64,000 nucleotides of DNA from contig JAXHNB010000001.1 in the NCBI GenBank assembly GCA_034520945.1, positions 1 to 64,000 of the forward strand, in the 5' to 3' direction. The position numbers were made by a program, and so were the translations under genes. Shown piece by piece: positions 55,224-64,000 of this stretch (within the stretch, counting starts at the first letter, position 1; each line of letters opens with the position of its first letter). Under the pieces are notes generated by a model. The model saw only the letters and a program-made list of their open reading frames with translations. It was not told where the DNA came from and made no database searches. The stretch is from Trueperaceae bacterium. GTDB lineage: Bacteria; Deinococcota; Deinococci; Deinococcales; Trueperaceae.

Positions 55224-55930
55224 GATTCCTCCTCGGGCGTGAAGCGGTAACCCACGCCCCACACGGTGTGGAAGTGCACCGGGCGGGCCGGGTCTGGCTC
55301 CAACGTCTTGCGGAGCCGCATCACCACGTTGTCGACGGTGCGGCTGCTGGGGAAGGCGTCGCTGCCCCACACCTCGTCCAGGATATCGTCGCGGCTGACC
55401 ACCTCGCCGGGTCGCGAGGCCAGCAGCCGCAGGATGCCGATCTCGCGCTCGCCCAGCGTCTCCTGCCGCCCGTCCGCAAGCGTCGCCGTCCAGGCGCGCA
55501 GGTCGACCTCGTGGCCGGCGAAGCGGATCGCGCGCCGCCCCTCGCCCCAGCCGCGGCGCCGCAGCACCGCCTCCACCCGCAACAGGAACTCCGGCAGGTG
55601 GAACGGCTTCGCCAGGTAGTCGTCGCCCCCGGCGGCCAGGCCCTGCACGCGCTCCTCGGGGCGGCCCTTCGCGGAGAGGAACAGGACGGGCGTCTCGTCC
55701 CCCTCCTCGCGCCGGATCCGGCACACCTCGAGCCCGTCCACGTGCGGCAGCATCACGTCGAGCACCACCAGGTCGAAGCCCCCCTCGCGCCAGCGCGCCA
55801 ATCCCTCGCCGCCGTCGTGCGCCAGCACGATCTCGTGCCCCTCCTCGCGCAGGTTGTCGGCCAGGACCTCGGCCAGGCCGCGCTCGTCCTCGATCACCAG
55901 CACGCGGGGACGCCGGCCGGGCGCGCTCAC
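55220..55930 (-). CDS. OmpR-family response regulator
   Basis: VLVIEDE, LDVMLP, DDYLAKPF, TVWGVGYRF. Confidence 0.95.
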   Translation of the reverse strand: MSAPGRRPRVLVIEDERGLAEVLADNLREEGHEIVLAHDGGEGLARWREGGFDLVVLDVMLPHVDGLEVCRIRREEGDETPVLFLSAKGRPEERVQGLAAGGDDYLAKPFHLPEFLLRVEAVLRRRGWGEGRRAIRFAGHEVDLRAWTATLADGRQETLGEREIGILRLLASRPGEVVSRDDILDEVWGSDAFPSSRTVDNVVMRLRKTLEPDPARPVHFHTVWGVGYRFTPEEES

Positions 55931-57090
55931 CGTCCCTCCTCCGCCGCCGGGGTGGAGGGGGCGTCCCTCGCCTGGCCCGCGGCCTCGACGCGGCGCGGGA
56001 ACACCACCGTGAAGCGCGTGCCCCGGCCCGAGGGGGCGTCTTGGACGCGCATCCATCCGTTCATCGCCTCGACGGTGCTTCGTGCCAGGTGCAGGCCGAG
56101 GCCGGTCCCGATCGCGCGCCGCGTGGACTCGTCCCCGCTGCGGTAGAAACGCCCGAAGATCTTGTCACGTTCGGCCGCGGGCACGCCCACCCCCTCGTCG
56201 TCCACGTGCAGCATCACCACGTCGGGCCCCTCCTCCAGCCGGACCGTCACCGGCTTGTCCTCGCCGGGGCTGTACTTGACGGCGTTGTCCAACAGGTTGG
56301 AGAGCACCATCGCGAAGGCGTCCTCGTCCAGCGACACGGGAAGCCGCCCCTCGGGGGGTACCCGCCGCACCGTCGCCCCGCGCGCCTCCAGGCCGGGCCG
56401 CGCCTCCTCCACCAGGCGGCGTACGACCGCGCCGAGGTCGACGGGCCGAAGATCGGTGGCGAGGGGCGCCTGCTCCAGCCGCGCCGCCGCCAGCACCTGT
56501 TCGGAGGTCCGCTCGAGCCGGTCCAGTTCGCCCACCATGCGCGTCAGGTAGTCGCGGCGGCGCTCCGGCGACAGGTCCCGCACCTGCGCCGTCTCGACCA
56601 GCAGGCGCAGCGTGGCCAGCGGCGTTTTGAACTCGTGGGTGATCGCGGACAGGAAGTTCTGCTGACTGCGCTTCAGCGCCCGCTCCTCCCGGAGCGACCG
56701 CGCGATCAGCGCCAGCATCGCCAGCATCACCAGCACGAAGAAGGGGCCCTCCCACGCGAACATGCGCAGGTAGCCGCGCTGCTCGCGCAGGAACGCCTCC
56801 CGCCGCGCCGGGTCGACCCGGAACGTGCCGTCCTGAAACGTCAGGTGCGGCTGCTGCGACAGGACCGCGTCGCGAAGCGCGGGGTCGTGACCCGACGTGT
56901 CCCACGCGGCCTGCGCCACCGCGGCGTCGTTGCGCCACGCCGCCAACCGCGACTCCGAGACCCCCTCGATGTAACTCCGCTGGAACAGCAGCCACCACAC
57001 CACCTGCGCCAGCAGGAACACCACGATCACCGCGAAGGCGATCCGCGTGGTGGTGCGGGAGGAGAGGCGGGGCCAGCGGGGCGGGCGCAT
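55927..57090 (-). CDS. sensor histidine kinase
   Basis: Two TMs; THEFKTPL, NLLDNAVKYS, DEGVG, GTGLGL. Confidence 0.95.
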   Translation of the reverse strand: MRPPRWPRLSSRTTTRIAFAVIVVFLLAQVVWWLLFQRSYIEGVSESRLAAWRNDAAVAQAAWDTSGHDPALRDAVLSQQPHLTFQDGTFRVDPARREAFLREQRGYLRMFAWEGPFFVLVMLAMLALIARSLREERALKRSQQNFLSAITHEFKTPLATLRLLVETAQVRDLSPERRRDYLTRMVGELDRLERTSEQVLAAARLEQAPLATDLRPVDLGAVVRRLVEEARPGLEARGATVRRVPPEGRLPVSLDEDAFAMVLSNLLDNAVKYSPGEDKPVTVRLEEGPDVVMLHVDDEGVGVPAAERDKIFGRFYRSGDESTRRAIGTGLGLHLARSTVEAMNGWMRVQDAPSGRGTRFTVVFPRRVEAAGQARDAPSTPAAEEGR

Positions 57091-58143
57091 TCAGGGCTCC
57101 AGCCACCCCTGCTCCAGGGCCGGGACCGCGTAGTAGGTGGCGATCAGGTCGGCGCCGGCCCGCCGGATCGCCAGCAGCGTCTCGCGAACCGCGGCGGGCC
57201 GGTCCAGCACGCCCGCCTCGGCGGCAGCCTCGAGCATGGCGTACTCGCCGCTCACATGGTACGCCGCCACCGTACGCGTGGTGCAGGCGCGAACGCGCGC
57301 GATCACGTCCAGGTAGGCGTGCGCCGGCTTGACCATCAGCACGTCCGCCCCCTCCGCGTCGTCCAGCGAGGCCTCGAGCTCGGCCTCGCGCACGTTGCGG
57401 GCGTCCATCTGGTAGCTGCGGCGGTCCTCGGGGGGTTCCAGTTCGCCGTGGCCGCCCCCACCCGCCGGGGCGCTCCCCGCCGCCTCCCGGAACGGCCCGT
57501 AGAACGCCGAGGCGTACTTCACCGCGTACGACAGGATGCCGACCTGCGTGTGACCGTTCGTGTCCAGCGCCTGCCGCAAGGCGGCGACGCGGCCGTCCAT
57601 CATGTCGGAGGGGGCCACCAGGTCGGCGCCGGCGTCGGCGTGCACGACCGCCATCTCCGCCAGTCGCGGCAGGCTGGCGTCGTTGTCCACCACGGCGCCG
57701 CGCCGGCCGGGCGACAGGACGCCGCAATGCCCGTGATCGGTGTACCCGCACAGGCACACGTCGGTGATCAGCGCCAACTCGTGGCCGAAGGCGCGGCGGG
57801 CCTCGCGCAACGCGTGCGGGACGGGCCCCTCCGGGTCGCTGGCGTCGCTCCCGCGCGGGTCCTTGCGCGAGGCGGGCACCACCCCGAACAACAGTACGGC
57901 GCGGATGCCCAGTTCCAAGGCGCGCTCGAGCTGGGGAAGCAGCAGGTCGACGCTGAGGCGGGACACGCCCGGCAGGGATCCGACGTCTTCGGCGCGTTCC
58001 CGGCCGGGCACCACGAAGAACGGCGCGATCAGGTCGGCGGGACGGACGGCGGTCTCGGCGTTCAACTCCCGAAGCGCCGCGGTGCGGCGCATCCGGCGCG
58101 GGCGGCGAAGCGGCAGGGGCGGGGAAGAGGGATCACTGCTCAT
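57091..58143 (-). CDS. hemB: porphobilinogen synthase
   Basis: DVCLCGYTDHGHCG, SDMMDGR, YGPFREA, MVKPA, YHVSGEY. Confidence 0.97.
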   Translation of the reverse strand: MSSDPSSPPLPLRRPRRMRRTAALRELNAETAVRPADLIAPFFVVPGRERAEDVGSLPGVSRLSVDLLLPQLERALELGIRAVLLFGVVPASRKDPRGSDASDPEGPVPHALREARRAFGHELALITDVCLCGYTDHGHCGVLSPGRRGAVVDNDASLPRLAEMAVVHADAGADLVAPSDMMDGRVAALRQALDTNGHTQVGILSYAVKYASAFYGPFREAAGSAPAGGGGHGELEPPEDRRSYQMDARNVREAELEASLDDAEGADVLMVKPAHAYLDVIARVRACTTRTVAAYHVSGEYAMLEAAAEAGVLDRPAAVRETLLAIRRAGADLIATYYAVPALEQGWLEP

Positions 58144-58892
58144 GAGGTCCTTTCGTGCTCGCTCGCGGGCGCGGGCGGCGCGTCGCTGCGGGCGCCGCCC
58201 GCGCGGGCGAGCGCGTCGATCTCGTCCAGCAACCCGTCCACCTCGGGCCGGCCTGCCACGATCGGGGCGAACCCCGCCTCGCGGAGCGCGGCGGCGGTGG
58301 TCGGGCCGATCGCGAGCAGGTGGGCGGACGCGGCCACGCCGGCCGGCAGGGCGCGGACGGCCGAAGGGCTGGCCAGCACCACGACGTCGAACGACGCCGG
58401 GCCGTGCCAGCGGGCGGTCTCGGTCCGGTACACCACCTGCGTGCGCACCTCGAGGCCGGCGGCCCGAAGCGCGTCCGGCAGGGCTGCCCGCGCCCGGTTC
58501 CCACGCGGCAGCCCCACCGGCCCGCCGGCGCCGGGCAGGGCCAGGAACGCGCGCGCCAGGCCCGCACCGGTCGGCGGGTCGCCCCGCAGCGCCACGCGTC
58601 CACCGGCGCGCGCCAGCGCATCCGCGGTGCCGTCCCCGACCGCCCCCAGCGCCGGCGCTCCGGGTCCCTCGGACAGGGGAAGCCCCAACGCCGTCCATGC
58701 CTCCACCGCGGAGCGGCTGGGGAACAGCAGCCACGGGCATCCCCGCAACGCCTCCGCGCCCGCGCGCGTGGCGTCGTCCAGGCAGGGTCGGGTGCGGACC
58801 AGCGGCGTCCGCGCCACCTGGTGCCCCCGCTCGGCCAGCCGCTCCGCCAGCCCCTCCAAGCGACCCTCGCCCTGCGTAAGCGCGATTCTCAC
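58140..58892 (-). CDS. hemD: uroporphyrinogen-III synthase
   Basis: RIALTQ, FPSRSAV, VYRT, LASPSAV, AIGPTTA. Confidence 0.9.
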   Translation of the reverse strand: MRIALTQGEGRLEGLAERLAERGHQVARTPLVRTRPCLDDATRAGAEALRGCPWLLFPSRSAVEAWTALGLPLSEGPGAPALGAVGDGTADALARAGGRVALRGDPPTGAGLARAFLALPGAGGPVGLPRGNRARAALPDALRAAGLEVRTQVVYRTETARWHGPASFDVVVLASPSAVRALPAGVAASAHLLAIGPTTAAALREAGFAPIVAGRPEVDGLLDEIDALARAGGARSDAPPAPASEHERTS

Positions 58893-59815
58893 CCGCCGAC
58901 CTCCGCCGTGCCGGCCGGGTCGGGGCGGCCCAGCGCCGCGTACGCCAGCATGGCCGCCCCCTCGCCGGTCGGGTGCTCGACCGACGCCGCCGTCCCTTCG
59001 TACCAGGCGTGCAGAACGATGCGCCCGTCCGCCCGCGTGGCGTGCGCCCCCAACGCCAGTTGACACCCGCCCTGGATCATGGTCATCAGGCCTCGTTCGG
59101 CCGCGACGGCGGGGTAGCCCGCCACGTCGTGCAGGTCGGTCAGCAGGGACGCCAGGCCGTCCTCGCCGCGGCGGATCTCCAGCGCCAGCGCGCCCTGCGC
59201 GGGCGCGGGCACGAACACGTCCGGGTCCAGCGCCGCCACCTCGAGCCCCTCCACGTCGGCCTCCAACCGCGTCAGCCCCGCGGCCGCCAGCACGATGGCG
59301 TCGTACGCGCCGTCCCGGAGCTTGGCGAGGCGGGTGGGCACGTTGCCGCGCAGTTCCTGCAGCGCCAGGTCGGGCCGGTGCGCGGACAGGAGGCGGCGGC
59401 GGCGCACGGCGCTGGTCCCGACCCGCACCCCGTGGCGCAGCGGGACGACGGGCGCGGCGCCGTCGAACGCCCCCGGGCGCACGACCAGCACGTCGCGCGG
59501 GTCGGCGCGCGGCGGGACGGCCGCCACCTCCAGGCCGGGGGCGGGCATGCCGGGAAGGTCCTTGAACGAGTGCACCGCGACGTCGGCCTGGCCGGAGATG
59601 AGCGCGTCCTGCACGGCCTTGGTGAACACGCCGACGCCGCCGAGCTGGGCGAACGGGCGGGCGTCTCGGTCGCCCTGCGTGGCGACCTCGACCAACGTCA
59701 CGCGGGCGCCAAGCGCTTCGAGCCGGGCGCGCACGTAGTCGGCCTGCCACAGGGCGAGGCGGCTGGCGCGCGTGGCGATGCGGACGTGCCGGGGCCGATC
59801 CTGCGCTCGCGTCAT
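58889..59815 (-). CDS. hemC: hydroxymethylbilane synthase
   Basis: IATRASRLALWQ, AVHSFKDLP, RGNVPTRL, PAPAQGAL, GGCQ. Confidence 0.96.
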   Translation of the reverse strand: MTRAQDRPRHVRIATRASRLALWQADYVRARLEALGARVTLVEVATQGDRDARPFAQLGGVGVFTKAVQDALISGQADVAVHSFKDLPGMPAPGLEVAAVPPRADPRDVLVVRPGAFDGAAPVVPLRHGVRVGTSAVRRRRLLSAHRPDLALQELRGNVPTRLAKLRDGAYDAIVLAAAGLTRLEADVEGLEVAALDPDVFVPAPAQGALALEIRRGEDGLASLLTDLHDVAGYPAVAAERGLMTMIQGGCQLALGAHATRADGRIVLHAWYEGTAASVEHPTGEGAAMLAYAALGRPDPAGTAEVGG

Positions 59816-60981
59816 TCGCCCTGGCCCGGCTCGGACCGCACCAGCCCCGTCTCCGCCAGGAAGGTGCGGGCCACCTCCACGCCGTGCTCCCGGGCGATCG
59901 CGCGCAGGCCCTTGATCGGATCGTGCGCCAGCCGGTTGGCCAGCCGGTCCGCCTCGCCCTCCGGCACGACGCCCGCCAGCGTGGCGCGCGTCCGTTCGCG
60001 AAGCATCCGGATGGAGGGACCCAGCTGCTTCTCGTTCCATTCGTCCACGGCGGCGTCCAGCTCTTCCAGCACCAGCCGCTCGGCCTGCGCGAGGGCGTCC
60101 TGCAGCGAGGCGCGCCGCGCCGCGCCGGCCTCCTGGAGCCCGTCGACGTCGAGCAGTCGTACCCTCGCCGCCCGCGCCGCCGCCGGCTCGACGTTGCGCG
60201 GCACGCCCAGGTCCACCGCGATGCGGGGACGCAGGCGCGCCAGCGCCTCCCGCGCGACCAGATGCTTCACCGGCGTGGCGCACACCAGCGCGGCCACGCG
60301 GGGCGGGTCGGCCCACACCTCGTCCAACGACGCGGCCTCCACCCCCAGGCGCTCCGCCACCTCGCGCGCCCGTCCCTCGCTGCGGTTGGCGATCACGACG
60401 CGCGCGCCGATGTCCCGCAGGCCGCGAGCGGACAGCTCGCCGATCTCGCCGGCGCCGAGCACCAAGGCGGTGTCGCCGGGCGTCAGCGTCGCCTCCAGCT
60501 CCGGCCGGGCCAGGCTGAACAGGCTGGCGTTCACCGGGGCCAACGCGACCTCCCGCCGCACCCGTTTGGCCGCTCGCAGCGACCGCTCGAACGCGTACGA
60601 CAGCATCGCATCGGTACGGCCGGCGTCGCGGGCGGCCAGGTAGGCCCGCCGCACCTGCCGCATCACCTGGTCCTCGCCCGGGTTCAGGCTGTCCAGCCCG
60701 GCGGCGACCCGGGTGAGCTGCTCCAGGGCGCCGTCGCCCAGGTAGGCGTACGGCAGGCGCGCGGCGCCGCGCGGCGCCAAGCGCCGGCGCGCCTCGTCGA
60801 CCGAGACCCCGTCGCTCAGGTGCGTGACGAGCTCCCAGCGGTTGCAGGTGGCCAGCACCACGCCGCGCGGAAAGCCAAGCGCCGCCAGCGCGTCCGGGTC
60901 CGCCAGGCGCGCGTGCCAGTCGGCCAACGCGTCGGCACCGCCGCGACGGTGCGAAACGCCGATGAGGGCAAGTCGTTCCAC
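59812..60981 (-). CDS. hemA: glutamyl-tRNA reductase
   Basis: ATCNRWE, AGLDSLNPGEDQV, GAGEIG, DLGVPRNV. Confidence 0.95.
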   Translation of the reverse strand: MERLALIGVSHRRGGADALADWHARLADPDALAALGFPRGVVLATCNRWELVTHLSDGVSVDEARRRLAPRGAARLPYAYLGDGALEQLTRVAAGLDSLNPGEDQVMRQVRRAYLAARDAGRTDAMLSYAFERSLRAAKRVRREVALAPVNASLFSLARPELEATLTPGDTALVLGAGEIGELSARGLRDIGARVVIANRSEGRAREVAERLGVEAASLDEVWADPPRVAALVCATPVKHLVAREALARLRPRIAVDLGVPRNVEPAAARAARVRLLDVDGLQEAGAARRASLQDALAQAERLVLEELDAAVDEWNEKQLGPSIRMLRERTRATLAGVVPEGEADRLANRLAHDPIKGLRAIAREHGVEVARTFLAETGLVRSEPGQGE

Positions 60982-61053
60982 CGAGTCGCCATGCTACGCG
61001 CCGGACGGGGGCGAGAGTGTCACCGAATTGTCACGCGCGCGAGGCGAGGCGCG

Positions 61054-61979
61054 TCACTCGAACCAGGCGGCGGCCCGAGACGCGTTGGCGTCGAGCCAGC
61101 GGCGGGCGGCGTCGCGCGGGAAGGCGCTCTCGCCCTCCACCATCCACAGCATCATCTGCTGCATCTCCTCCGCGCTCCACGCGAACGCGTCCAGGGCGTC
61201 CGCGGCGGCCGGCATGTCGTCCGCCAGGCCCGGCCGGACCACGGTGTGGATCGCCTCGCGCCCGCCGTAGACCCCCTCGGGATCCTCCAGGAAGCGGAGC
61301 TGCCAGCGGGCGTGCACCCAGAGCGGCACCCAGCCGGTCACCACGATGTCGTCGCCCCGCCGGATGGCCTCGCGGAGGCGGTGGATCATGGCGGCCTCGC
61401 TGCCGGTCACGACGAGCTCCCAGTCCTGCAGCCCGTACGCCTCCATCGCCGCCTCGGTCTGGCGCATCACCCCGGCGCCCGGGTCGATGCCGATGATGCG
61501 GCCGCCGTAGCGTTCGGCCCGGCCTTCGAGGTCGGCGATGGACACGATGTCGGCCTCGTTGACGCCGCGCTGCCCGCCCCGGCCGACCTGTCGCGAGCCG
61601 GCCACGTCCGGCACCATCAGCCCGGTGCGCGTGCCCTCCAGGTTGGGGCCGAGGTCGACGAGGTCGTCCTCGTGCTCCGCCCAATAGGGGGCGTGGGTGC
61701 TGGGCAGCCAGGCGGAGAGGAAGGCGTCCGCCTCCCCCTCCGCCACGGCGCGCCAGGCGTCCCCGACGGGGTGCTCGCTGAGCTCGACGCGTACGTCCAG
61801 CTGGCGGGAGATCGCCTCGGCGACGACGTGGGCGCTGGCCACCGACGACGACCAGTCGACGTGCGCGATCCGGAGGGTGTCCTGCGCCAGGGCGCCGACC
61901 GGCAGGGCGAGCGCCAGGACGGCCAGGAGGCCTAGGGGGGCGGCGCGAAGGCGTGCAGCTGGGGTCACGTGGTTCCTCC

Positions 61980-61983
<4 letters not shown>
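61054..61983 (-). CDS. glycine betaine-binding protein (ProX/OpuAC-type)
   Basis: Signal; AWLPSTH, IIGIDPGAG, VVTGWVPLW, LEDPEGVYG. Confidence 0.88.
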
Positions 61984-63614
<1,631 letters not shown>

Positions 63615-63794
63615 AAGGCGTCCTTTCCAAGGCAGGGGCGTTCTCTCCGGACGGCGGCCCCCCGGAGGCCCGACGCCGCCCGGGTACGTGCACGGGGTCA
63701 CGGCGTACGCGTGAAGGGTACACGATTCTCATGCGGGCGTGCGTGGCGCTGGTTCGTACGGGTTCGGCCCGGGCCGTGGCCCCGCGGGCGCCGT

Positions 63795-64000
63795 TCAGCC
63801 GAACAGGCCACGCAGCACGAAGGCCAGATTGGCCGGCCGCTCGGCCAGCCGGCGCGTGAAGTAGCCGTACCAGTCGGCACCGAACGGCAGGTACACGCCC
63901 ACGCGTTCGCCCTCGGCCCGCAGCGAGGCCTGCAGGCGCGGCTTCACGCCGTACAACAGCTGGAAGGTGGTGCGCTCAGGTGGCACCGCGCGGGCGGCGC
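63795..64000 (-). CDS. proline dehydrogenase, C-terminal part
   Basis: FQLLYGV, VYLPFGADWYGYFTRRLAERPAN. Confidence 0.9.
   Translation of the reverse strand, partial: AARAVPPERTTFQLLYGVKPRLQASLRAEGERVGVYLPFGADWYGYFTRRLAERPANLAFVLRGLFG

Noticed and set aside
56041..61935. Very long plus-strand ORFs (1174, 556, 683 aa)
   Set aside because: Antisense to well-supported hem/TCS genes; Arg/Pro/Ala-rich with no motifs

Overview
High-GC bacterial chromosome segment containing the replication origin. Two-OB-fold SSB, the mnmG-rsmG-parA-parB / dnaA-dnaN-eno-pyk order and many leaderless TANNNT promoters point to Deinococcota (Truepera-like, inferred); acidic secreted proteins and a BCCT transporter suggest salt adaptation. 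1-14.7 kb is an accessory, frameshift-rich sugar/sugar-acid uptake and catabolism region ending in an IS3 remnant beside tRNA-Ile(CAT). 15-46 kb is mostly core genome: aeRF1-like factor, greA, lptC/lptA-like trio, hsp20, miaA, dnaJ, SHOCT/DUF2089 operon, mdh, parABS, oriC, eno, pyk, MerR, rpsF-ssb-rpsR-rplI. 46-61 kb is a heme cluster (hemA-C-D-B-[HK-RR]-hemE-F-H ... hemY) with a ferrochelatase carrying the animal/fungal-type [2Fe-2S] cysteine pattern. It is interrupted by a five-gene operon (stand-alone exported C39 peptidase, Lnt-like acyltransferase, lipoprotein, two secreted proteins), the best candidate for an undescribed system. The window ends with BCCT plus an orphan betaine-binding protein and a partial proline dehydrogenase. 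All calls are by motif recognition; no searches were run.
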